Origin: Bacteroidaceae bacterium
GTDB taxonomy: Bacteria > Bacillota_I > Bacilli_A > RF39 > UBA660
NCBI GenBank assembly: GCA_963616135.1
Contig: CAVEJT010000002.1
Coordinates: 1 to 55,604 of the forward strand
DNA length: 55,604 nt
Direction of reading: 5' to 3'
The notes beneath the pieces are model-generated. The model ran no database searches and had not been told where the DNA came from. It worked only from the letters and a program-made list of their open reading frames with translations. Made by a program: the position numbers and the translations under genes. Below, piece after piece: positions 47,346-55,604 of the stretch (the stretch's first letter is position 1; every line of letters begins with the position of its first letter).

Positions 47346-49373
47346 GTGGGTGATAAAGTGATAGAAGTATTAAAGAAGGTCATAGACAAATTGTGTAGAT
47401 ATATAAAAACAAATATATTAATGTCTTCTTTTATAATAAGCTGTTTAATTAATTCAACTCTTGTAAGGTTTCTTACAGTAGCTAATTATTTTGCTATAAA
47501 ACCTATATTAGCTGATTTAGTAGTACTTTTAATAATTACGGCTTTTGGATATTTTATTAAACCAAAACATCAATTTAAATATTTTTTGATATGGAGTATT
47601 ATACTTACTGCTCTTTGTATAATTAATACGGTTTATTATAGTAATTATTTGTCATTTGCGTCTGTTTCGTTACTTAAAACAGCAACTGAACTCGGTGGAT
47701 ATACAGATGCAGTATTTGAAAATATATTGGAGTTAAAAGATTTTATTTTCTTATTACAAATTTTTGTAGTTTGCTTTGTACATTTTCAACTAAAAAAGAA
47801 GAAGTATTATGATAAAGTATCAAATATAGAAAATGGTAAAGTTAGATTTTTAAATATGGTAGTAGTTGCTTTAATAACACTCGGATTTTTTATATCAATG
47901 TTAACAGGTGTAGATATAAGTAGATTAAATAAGCAATGGAATCGATCATCTATTGTTATGGAGTTTGGTATATACACATATCAAGCAAATGATATACTAT
48001 CTTCTGTAAAGACAACTGTAAATGAAATGTTTGGTTATGATGAGGCATATAAAACATTTAGGGAATATTATGAAAATAATAATTTAGAAAAGGAATCTAA
48101 TAAATATACAAATTTATTTAAAGGTAAAAATGTTTTGGTAATTCATGGAGAAAGTATTCAAGGATTTACTATGAATTTGAAATTCAATGGAAAGGAGTTA
48201 ACTCCTAATTTAAATAAAATGTCACAAGAAGGTATTTATTTTTCTAATTTCTATGCACAAGAAAGTGTTGGAAATAGTAGTGATAGTGAGTTTACTTCAC
48301 TTACAAGTTTACTTCCTTCAAATAGTGGTACTGTGTTTATGAATTATTTTAATAGAGATTATGAAACAATATTGAAATTATTAAAAAATGAGGGATATTA
48401 TACATTTAGTATGCATGCTAATAACGGTAGTGCATGGAATAGAAATGTAGCTTATAAGTATTTAGGATATGATGATTTTTATTATTATACTAAGGACTTC
48501 GATATAGATGAAAAAATAGGTTTGGGATTATCAGATAAATCTTTCTTTAGACAAGCTGTAGATAAAATTAAAAATATAAATGAAAAAAATACAAATTGGT
48601 ATGGAACTCTTGTTATGTTAACTAATCATACACCTTTTAGCGATATAGAGGAGCATAGTGATTATTCAGTTAATTATAAAACTGGTCAAACAGATCCAGA
48701 AACTGGAGAAGAACAAGAAATAGAATGGTTAGAGGGAACTAGAATAGGTAATTATTTAAAATCAGTTCATTATGCTGATGAAGCTATAGGAGAGCTTTTA
48801 TCTAATCTAGACTCTAAAGGCCTTTTAGATAATACTGTTGTAGTTTTATACGGAGATCATGATTGCAAATTAAAGAAAAGTGAGTTTAATAAATTGTATC
48901 AAAGTGAATATTATCAAAGTGTATTAATAGATCCAACTAATACAGTAGGAGTAATAGATGAGTTTACTTATGAAATAAATAGAAAAGTGCCATTTATAAT
49001 ATGGTCTAAGGACAAAATTAAATCTAAGTATACGAAAAAAGTAGATGAAGTAATGGGTATGATAGATGTTATGCCAACCTTATCAAATATGTTAGGTGTA
49101 AAACCTAAATATGCTTTAGGTAATGATATATTTAATATAAGTGATAATGTTGTAGCCTTTCCAAGTGGAAACTGGTTAACAAGTAAAGTATATTATAATA
49201 GCTCTAAGCAAGAGTTTAGACAATTAGATATAGATACATCTATTGATATGGATTATATAGATAAATATAATAAGTATGCTGAAGAATTAATAAATGTGTC
49301 GAATGGAATAATAACATATGATTTAATAAAGGCATATGAAACAGGAATTGAGACATTAGGGACTAATAAATAG
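47346..49373 (+). CDS. ltaS: lipoteichoic acid synthase family protein (LtaS-type sulfatase)
   Basis: 5 TM N-terminal domain plus an extracellular sulfatase domain (ESIQGF, NSSDSEFT, GDHD). An alternative GTG start at 47358 is possible. Confidence 0.88.
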   Translation: MGDKVIEVLKKVIDKLCRYIKTNILMSSFIISCLINSTLVRFLTVANYFAIKPILADLVVLLIITAFGYFIKPKHQFKYFLIWSIILTALCIINTVYYSNYLSFASVSLLKTATELGGYTDAVFENILELKDFIFLLQIFVVCFVHFQLKKKKYYDKVSNIENGKVRFLNMVVVALITLGFFISMLTGVDISRLNKQWNRSSIVMEFGIYTYQANDILSSVKTTVNEMFGYDEAYKTFREYYENNNLEKESNKYTNLFKGKNVLVIHGESIQGFTMNLKFNGKELTPNLNKMSQEGIYFSNFYAQESVGNSSDSEFTSLTSLLPSNSGTVFMNYFNRDYETILKLLKNEGYYTFSMHANNGSAWNRNVAYKYLGYDDFYYYTKDFDIDEKIGLGLSDKSFFRQAVDKIKNINEKNTNWYGTLVMLTNHTPFSDIEEHSDYSVNYKTGQTDPETGEEQEIEWLEGTRIGNYLKSVHYADEAIGELLSNLDSKGLLDNTVVVLYGDHDCKLKKSEFNKLYQSEYYQSVLIDPTNTVGVIDEFTYEINRKVPFIIWSKDKIKSKYTKKVDEVMGMIDVMPTLSNMLGVKPKYALGNDIFNISDNVVAFPSGNWLTSKVYYNSSKQEFRQLDIDTSIDMDYIDKYNKYAEELINVSNGIITYDLIKAYETGIETLGTNK

Positions 49374-49447
49374 TCCCTTTTTTAAAAACTATATTATTGA
49401 CAAAAAGTTATATTTAAAGTAATATAATTCAAATAGGAGATGATTGT

Positions 49448-49780
49448 ATGAAAAAGCAACAAAACTACAATGTAAGTAACTTAGGATTTGCTAATATAAA
49501 TATTTATTTTGATGGATTTCCAATAATGGGATATTATACGGTAGTATTAAATAAAGAAAATAAAATCATAGATTTACAATATATAAATAGAAAATTATCT
49601 ACTGATAATACACCAAATGGTTATAGTTATGTTATTGAGTATTTAGAGCCTATGAAAAACTTTGAAAAAAATAAAATAATATTAACTCGTAAAGAAGCTC
49701 TTAAAAGTTTAAAACAACATTTAAATAGTTTTCATAAAAATATGATGGATAATTATGAAATTTTAGTAGTTCAAAAATAA
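49448..49780 (+). CDS. hypothetical small protein
   Basis: GGAGATGA RBS region. Terminators before and after it. No recognisable motif. Confidence 0.45.
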   Translation: MKKQQNYNVSNLGFANINIYFDGFPIMGYYTVVLNKENKIIDLQYINRKLSTDNTPNGYSYVIEYLEPMKNFEKNKIILTRKEALKSLKQHLNSFHKNMMDNYEILVVQK

Positions 49781-49852
49781 TTTAAGATTGTTTATACAGT
49801 CTTTTTTTCTACAAAAAAATATAGTATAATTATGTAGTAGAAAAGAGGATAT

Positions 49853-52006
49853 ATGAACGAAGAAATTATAAAAACGATAAGTAAAGATTTAAATATAACT
49901 TTAAAACAAGTATTAGTTACTTTAAAATTATTAGAAGAAGGTAATACTATACCTTTTATTGCTAGATATAGAAAAGAAGCAACAGGTGCTTTAGATGAAG
50001 AAAAAATAAAAGCTATTGAGGAGGTATATAGTTATCAAGTTAATTTATTAAAAAGAAAAGAAGATGTAATAAGACTTATAGATGAAAAGGGATTATTAAC
50101 AGATGAACTTAAAGATAATATTATGAAATCTACTAAACTAGTAGAGGTAGAAGATCTATATAGACCATTTAAGGAAAAGAAAAAAACTAAAGCAACAGAG
50201 GCTATTAAAAATGGATTAGAAGGTTTAGCTAAGGAAATAATGGCTTTTCCAATTAGTGGTAATATAGAGAGTATTGCTAAAAAGTATTTGAATGAAAATG
50301 TTACTAGTATAGATAAAGCTATAGAAGGTGCTAAATACATTATTGCAGAAAATATAAGTGATAATGCATTCTTTAGAAAGAGTATTAGAGATAATACATA
50401 TAATTTTGGTATTATAAAAAGTAAATTAAAAAAGAATGCTAAAGATGAAAATAAAACATATGACATGTATTATGATTATGAAGAAAAAATTAAATATATT
50501 AAACCTCATAGAATTTTAGCACTTAATAGAGGTGAAAAAGCGGGAGTACTTAGTGTATCTATAGAAAATGATAAAGAAAGAACTTTAGAATATTTAGAAA
50601 AAAGAATAATAAAGAACGATTCTTCTTTTGTAGTTGATATAGTAAAGGATGCTATAGCTGATTCGTATAAAAGATTAATTGAACCTTCTATAGAAAGAGA
50701 AATAAGAAGTGATTTAACTAATATAGGTGAAGAAGCTGCAATTGATAATTTTGGTAAAAACTTAGAGTCACTATTATTAACTCCACCTATGAAAGAACAA
50801 GTAGTATTAGCTTTTGATCCTGGATATGTAAACGGATGTAAAATAGCAGTGATAGATAAGACAGGAAAATATTTAGACAGTACAGTTGTAAAACCATTTA
50901 TTAAAAGTAATAATCAAGATAAGTTAATAGAACAATCAGAAATAATTGTAAAGAATTTAATTGATAAATATAATGTTAATATAATAGCTATTGGAAATGG
51001 TACTGCGTCTAGAGAATCAGAAAAATTTATATCTAATATGATAAAAAAATATAATTTGAACTGTAAATATGTTATAGTATCTGAGGCGGGTGCTTCTATA
51101 TATAGTGCTTCTAAGGTAGCTATTGAAGAATTCCCTGATTTAGCTGTTGAAAAAAGGAGCGCTGTTAGTATTGGTAGAAGATTACAAGACCCATTATCAG
51201 AACTTGTAAAAATTCCACCAGAAGGTATAGGCGTTGGTCTTTATCAACATGATGTATCTAGTAAAAAATTAAGTGAAAATTTGGATTTCGTTGTAAGTAA
51301 AACTGTAAATAGTGTAGGTGTAAATATAAATACAGCATCTCCATCATTATTAAAATATGTATCTGGTATTACTAAAAAGAATATAGATAAATTAATTAAC
51401 TATAGAAATACTCATGGTAAATTTAAATCTAGATTAGAACTTGAAAAGTTATTGAGTGATAAAACTTATGAACAGGCAATAGGTTTCTTAAGAATAACAG
51501 AAGGCGATAATATATTAGATTCTACAGGAATACATCCAGAAAGTTATAAAATAGCTCTTGAATTATTACAAAGCTTAAACATGACTTTAAAAGATGTGGG
51601 TACTAATGAATTAATAGAAAAATTAAATAAAATAAATTTAGAAGAATATAAAGATAAATTATCTACAGATATTTATACTTTAGAAGATGTCGTTAAATCA
51701 CTAAAAAGTCCATCTAGAGATCCAAGAGATGAAATGCCTCAACCATTATTAAAAAGTGATATATTGGAACTTAAAGATTTAACTGTTGGGATGAAATTAC
51801 AAGGAACAGTTAGAAATGTAGTTGACTTTGGAGCATTTATAGACATTGGACTTCATGAAGATGGGTTAGTACATATATCTAAAATAACAAACAAATATAT
51901 AAAACATCCTAGCGAGGTTTTAAGTGTAGGTGATATAGTTGATTGCTATGTTGAAGAAATAAAACTTGATAAAAATAAAGTATCACTTAGTTTATTAGAA
52001 AAATAA
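49853..52006 (+). CDS. tex: Tex-like transcription accessory protein (S1 RNA-binding domain)
   Basis: IPFIARYRKEATG N-terminus, YqgF/HhH middle, C-terminal S1 domain (GTVRNVVDFGAFIDIG). Confidence 0.95.
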   Translation: MNEEIIKTISKDLNITLKQVLVTLKLLEEGNTIPFIARYRKEATGALDEEKIKAIEEVYSYQVNLLKRKEDVIRLIDEKGLLTDELKDNIMKSTKLVEVEDLYRPFKEKKKTKATEAIKNGLEGLAKEIMAFPISGNIESIAKKYLNENVTSIDKAIEGAKYIIAENISDNAFFRKSIRDNTYNFGIIKSKLKKNAKDENKTYDMYYDYEEKIKYIKPHRILALNRGEKAGVLSVSIENDKERTLEYLEKRIIKNDSSFVVDIVKDAIADSYKRLIEPSIEREIRSDLTNIGEEAAIDNFGKNLESLLLTPPMKEQVVLAFDPGYVNGCKIAVIDKTGKYLDSTVVKPFIKSNNQDKLIEQSEIIVKNLIDKYNVNIIAIGNGTASRESEKFISNMIKKYNLNCKYVIVSEAGASIYSASKVAIEEFPDLAVEKRSAVSIGRRLQDPLSELVKIPPEGIGVGLYQHDVSSKKLSENLDFVVSKTVNSVGVNINTASPSLLKYVSGITKKNIDKLINYRNTHGKFKSRLELEKLLSDKTYEQAIGFLRITEGDNILDSTGIHPESYKIALELLQSLNMTLKDVGTNELIEKLNKINLEEYKDKLSTDIYTLEDVVKSLKSPSRDPRDEMPQPLLKSDILELKDLTVGMKLQGTVRNVVDFGAFIDIGLHEDGLVHISKITNKYIKHPSEVLSVGDIVDCYVEEIKLDKNKVSLSLLEK

Positions 52007-52097
52007 TGGTATATAAAGACAATTTGTAATACATTATGAATTGTGATGTATAGTTATAAAGTACCCATTTATTGATGGGTGCTTTTTGTGAGTTTTT

Positions 52098-52143
52098 GAG
52101 TGCAAAAAATGGATTTCGTGCAAAAAAAATGATGTTTCGTGCA
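52098..52143 (+). promoter_or_regulatory. direct repeats TTTCGTGCA (2 copies, 21 bp apart) plus a partial GAGTGCAAAAAAT copy. Candidate regulator binding site.
   Basis: tttcgtgca at 52114-52122 and at 52135-52143, and gtgcaaaaaa at 52099-52108 and 52118-52127. They lie upstream of the promoter TTGAAA (52182-52187)-16-TAAAAT (52204-52209). Confidence 0.4.
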
Positions 52144-52243
52144 TTCGATGTTGATTTATTTTTTTAACATGATAACATACTTTGAAATTTAATTAATTTG
52201 TGCTAAAATATAATTAAATTATAAACTTGATAGGGGGATGAAT

Positions 52244-54139
52244 ATGCAAAAAGATGTTATTTCTGGATATTCTAGTGTTGATAGACCAAGTGAAAAATTT
52301 TATGAAGATAATATAGTTGATAAGATTTTAAGTAATACAGATATGAAAATGTATGACTTTATGAAAGAAAAAAATAAAGGTTTTGAAAATTGTAATATAT
52401 ATTCTTATTTTGGAGAAACTAATACATTTTCTAGTTTTGATAAAAAAGTTGAGGAATGCGCCAAAGCATTAAAAAAATACGGATTGAATAAAGGTGATTG
52501 CATAACAATTTGTTTACCAAATATTCCCGAAACTATGATATATTTTTATGCTTGCAATAGAATTGGGGTAACACCTTATTTAATTGATCCGAGATGTTCA
52601 TTAAAAAGAATAATTGATTGTATGAATATATCTCATTCAAAGTTATTAATTTCTCTTTTGGATATAATGGATAAAACAATAAAACCAAAAGAAATACCAT
52701 CTGATAATATTGTTGTGGTTTCACCAGGTGATGAATTTGTTAAATCTAAGGAAAAACTTTGTAAAACTGCAAGTGAGGTTAAAACTCTTTATTTGGCAAA
52801 AGAACGTTTATATGAATTTAAAAGATTTCTGAAAAGAGATAAGAAAGTATTATTACAAAAAGAGTTTATGTCAGGTGTAGAAAATTATGGATTACTTACT
52901 GATAGTGAATATGATCCGTCTATACCAGCTATTATAGTTAATACAAGTGGAACAACTGGTACTCCAAAAGGAGCTATGGAATCCAATAGAGCATATAATA
53001 TAACTGCAAATCAAATAGATCATATTGCACCAAATCTAAAGAGGGGAATGACATATTTTGGATATATACCATTTTTCTCATTATATGGCTCTGCGGTTGG
53101 CATGCATGCGGCAACTTCACATGGAATAATAGTTGATTTAATTCCTAAAATTGATGCATATAAATTTGATCGAATTTATGCTGAAAAAAAACCTAATATA
53201 GTCATTGGAGTTCCAAGGATATATGAAATGTTTCCTGAGAGCAAGTATATAAATAATTGTGATTTATCTTTTGCAGAATTATTAGTAATGGGCGGAGATA
53301 AGATTTCACCTGTAAAATTGGATAAAATAAATGGAACATTGAAAAAAAATAATTGTAATCATAAAATAACTTATGGTTATGGGTCAACAGAAACAATGAT
53401 GATATCAACTACTACAGATAAAAATGAAACTCATGAATCAGGTAGTTGCGGTGTTTTATATCCTGGTGTGAGTGTAAGAATAACTGATAGGGAAACTTTA
53501 GAAGAGTTACCATATGGCCAAGAAGGTGAAATATATGTTGATACACCAACTATGTTTATGGGATATATTGGGAATGAATTAGAAACACAAAACTCTATAT
53601 TTATTGATTCTAAAACTAATCGAAAGTATTATAAAACGGGAGATAAAGGATATATAACTGAAAATGGTATTTTGTATCATACAGGAAGATTTAAAAGGCT
53701 TATGAAAAGACCAGACGGACATCAAGTTAATTCTGTACCTATAGAAGATGCAATAAATTCTTTTGATGAGGTACAAGATTGCGCGGTAGTTGGAATTAAA
53801 AATTCATATCGAGATGAAGGTGTGATACCAACGGCATTTATTGAATTTAAAAATAAAAATGATAACAATAATAAAGAGTTATTGAAATCTATAATATGTA
53901 ATACTAAGGAAATGCTACCGGGTGAAAGAGATATGGCACTTGCTTATTCCATTATTGATCATATACCATATACAATAAATGGTAAGGTAGATTTTAAAAA
54001 GTTAGAAAAATTAAACTTTGAAGATATAGAATTTATAATTGTTGATGATCCTATATTTGATCAATATTTTATACATGGTGAAGAAATCGAAAAAGTAAAA
54101 TTGAATAATATAAAAGTATTAAAGAAAAAATTAAAATAA
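52244..54139 (+). CDS. AMP-dependent synthetase/ligase (acyl-CoA synthetase-like adenylate-forming enzyme)
   Basis: NTSGTTGTPKGA (A3), GYGSTE (A5), YKTGDKG (A8), GKVDFKKL (A10). The ATG at 52238 is too close to the GGGGG RBS, so I prefer the ATG at 52244. Confidence 0.85.
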   Translation: MQKDVISGYSSVDRPSEKFYEDNIVDKILSNTDMKMYDFMKEKNKGFENCNIYSYFGETNTFSSFDKKVEECAKALKKYGLNKGDCITICLPNIPETMIYFYACNRIGVTPYLIDPRCSLKRIIDCMNISHSKLLISLLDIMDKTIKPKEIPSDNIVVVSPGDEFVKSKEKLCKTASEVKTLYLAKERLYEFKRFLKRDKKVLLQKEFMSGVENYGLLTDSEYDPSIPAIIVNTSGTTGTPKGAMESNRAYNITANQIDHIAPNLKRGMTYFGYIPFFSLYGSAVGMHAATSHGIIVDLIPKIDAYKFDRIYAEKKPNIVIGVPRIYEMFPESKYINNCDLSFAELLVMGGDKISPVKLDKINGTLKKNNCNHKITYGYGSTETMMISTTTDKNETHESGSCGVLYPGVSVRITDRETLEELPYGQEGEIYVDTPTMFMGYIGNELETQNSIFIDSKTNRKYYKTGDKGYITENGILYHTGRFKRLMKRPDGHQVNSVPIEDAINSFDEVQDCAVVGIKNSYRDEGVIPTAFIEFKNKNDNNNKELLKSIICNTKEMLPGERDMALAYSIIDHIPYTINGKVDFKKLEKLNFEDIEFIIVDDPIFDQYFIHGEEIEKVKLNNIKVLKKKLK

Positions 54140-54275
54140 AAGTATATAATGAAAAATGTTTATATACTTTTTTTACGCAAAACCTACATAGATTTATAGT
54201 GTATTTTCTAAAAATATTGAAAAAATATGGATTGTATGATAAAATTTAATTTAAATAGAGGTAGGAGGTAAATAT

Positions 54276-55604
54276 ATGATTCAAAATCCAGGAAATTCAT
54301 TTACATTATTGAGTTTAGTTTATGCAATATTATTAGCATTTGTTTATTTTACTAAACCAAGAGCAAAAAATTTAGAAACAAAAATTTATAATTATATAGT
54401 AATAACTTGTTTAATAGGAAATACAATATCACTTGGAACATATTATTTTATGATGCATTATACTGAATATCCTTTACTTAATGCAATTTTTGCAAGAGCA
54501 TATTTACTGTTTATATTAAGTTTTGTTTCTCTTATATCTTATTATGTTTTGACAATTTCGTTGGGAGAAAAATATTCTGAACAAAAAAGAAATAAATATT
54601 TAAAATATAGTAAAACATTAATTTTAGTTTTTACAATGATTGCTTTTTTCTTATCAATAGTATTACCAATAGAATATGTAAGTGATGCCAACATCATATA
54701 TTCAACAGGACCAGCTGTTAAGTTCGTTTTTACATCTACTAGAATATATGCTTTGATGTGGATCATTGTTTTATTAATAAAAATAAAAAGAATTAAAGAA
54801 AAAAAGTATTGGCCTATGATATTATATATTATTCTTGGAGGCGCTATATCATATATACAAGGAAATCATCCTGAATATTTACTTTCAACTTCAATGATAA
54901 TATTTGTAACATTTTTAATGTATTTTACAATAGAAAATCCAGATGTAAAAATAATGAGAGAATTAGAACTTGCTAAAAATACAGCTGAAAAAGCAAATAG
55001 AGCTAAAAGTGATTTCTTAAGTAGTATGTCTCATGAAATAAGAACACCATTAAATGCAATAAAAGGATTTAGTGGATGTATAGGATCAGCTGAAACTTTA
55101 GAAGAAGCAAAGGAAAATGCAAATGATATAGTAATGGCATCAGATACATTATTAGAGATAGTAAATGGAATACTCGATATAAGTAAAATAGAAGCAAACA
55201 AAATGGAATTAGTAGAAGGCGAATATAATGTACCAGAGATGTTGAAAAATCTAACAAATATGACACATGTAAAAATAGGCGAAAAGGATATAGAATTAAG
55301 ATGTAATTTTGCTGAAGATTTACCAAGTGTATTATATGGAGATAAAGGAAAGGTACAACAAGTAATATTAAATTTACTCACAAATGCAGCGAAATATACA
55401 GAAAGAGGATATATAGATTTTAATATAAGTTGTGTAAATGAAAAAGAAAAATGTAAATTAGTAATATCAGTTAAAGATACAGGAAGAGGAATAAAACAAG
55501 AACAGATGGATAAACTATTTACAAAATTCAATAGACTAGAAGAAGATAGAAATACAACATTAGAAGGAACAGGATTAGGACTTGCAATAACAAAGAATTT
55601 AGTA
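54276..55604 (+). CDS. sensor histidine kinase (5' partial, runs off the window; hybrid type possible)
   Basis: Not in the ORF track because there is no in-window stop. AGGAGG RBS, ~6 TM N-terminal domain, H-box FLSSMSHEIRTPLNAI, N-box LLTNAAKYT, G1 DTGRGI, G2 GTGLGLAI. Confidence 0.85.
   Translation, partial: MIQNPGNSFTLLSLVYAILLAFVYFTKPRAKNLETKIYNYIVITCLIGNTISLGTYYFMMHYTEYPLLNAIFARAYLLFILSFVSLISYYVLTISLGEKYSEQKRNKYLKYSKTLILVFTMIAFFLSIVLPIEYVSDANIIYSTGPAVKFVFTSTRIYALMWIIVLLIKIKRIKEKKYWPMILYIILGGAISYIQGNHPEYLLSTSMIIFVTFLMYFTIENPDVKIMRELELAKNTAEKANRAKSDFLSSMSHEIRTPLNAIKGFSGCIGSAETLEEAKENANDIVMASDTLLEIVNGILDISKIEANKMELVEGEYNVPEMLKNLTNMTHVKIGEKDIELRCNFAEDLPSVLYGDKGKVQQVILNLLTNAAKYTERGYIDFNISCVNEKEKCKLVISVKDTGRGIKQEQMDKLFTKFNRLEEDRNTTLEGTGLGLAITKNLV

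Noticed and set aside
49297-49303. Perfect Spo0A box TGTCGAA
   Set aside because: It is a single isolated heptamer deep inside the ltaS coding region, which is expected by chance. The phased triple upstream of the kinase is different.
54542-55531. Minus-strand ORFs 54542..54766, 55031..55531 (166 aa) and 55069..55326
   Set aside because: They are antisense to a clear plus-strand histidine kinase with H, N, G1 and G2 boxes. That kinase is missing from the track only because it has no stop codon within the window.
1-55604. Search by eye for a reverse transcriptase, transposase, integrase, CRISPR repeats, tRNA/rRNA genes, a prophage block or known defence-system genes
   Set aside because: No ORF shows RT (YxDD), DDE, tyrosine or serine recombinase, Cas or nuclease-NTPase defence signatures. 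There is no periodic 25-40 bp repeat array and no GC-rich structured RNA gene segments apart from the T-box leader.

Overview
This is a very AT-rich chromosomal segment from a spore-forming low-GC Firmicute, Clostridia- or Erysipelotrichia-like judging by gerQ, gpr, sigK, spoVIF, sepF/divIVA and ltaS. It is mostly core housekeeping. It carries the rimP-nusA-ylxR-infB-rbfA operon with two dCMP-deaminase paralogs inserted. It also carries greA, queA, miaA, recD2, der, dusB, ruvA/ruvB, dnaE, a T-box-controlled type-2 ileS, rodA, tmk, ltaS, tex and two orphan histidine kinases. I saw no rRNA, tRNA, CRISPR array, transposase or integrase. The most unusual locus is a ~1.46 kb islet between ileS and rodA (42257-43722). 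It starts with a consensus promoter, followed by a short terminator-bounded leader that contains a G10 homopolymer. The islet gene (42489-43634) encodes a prepilin-type protein with foreign-looking A-ending codon usage. Its last ~38 codons switch abruptly to adenine-poor, NNC-rich codons, which is the signature expected of a diversity-generating retroelement (DGR) variable region. No template repeat or reverse transcriptase is present in this window, so this stays a hypothesis. Secondary observations are tandem Spo0A boxes upstream of an orphan kinase, 21-bp-phased direct repeats upstream of an acyl-AMP ligase, and a RimP reduced to its N-terminal domain. Others are a micro-ORF between the T-box and ileS, an uncharacterised two-gene cassette next to sigK, and a Cys-rich membrane protein translationally coupled to pduL. 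All functional calls come from reading the translated ORFs and motifs by eye. No database search was run.
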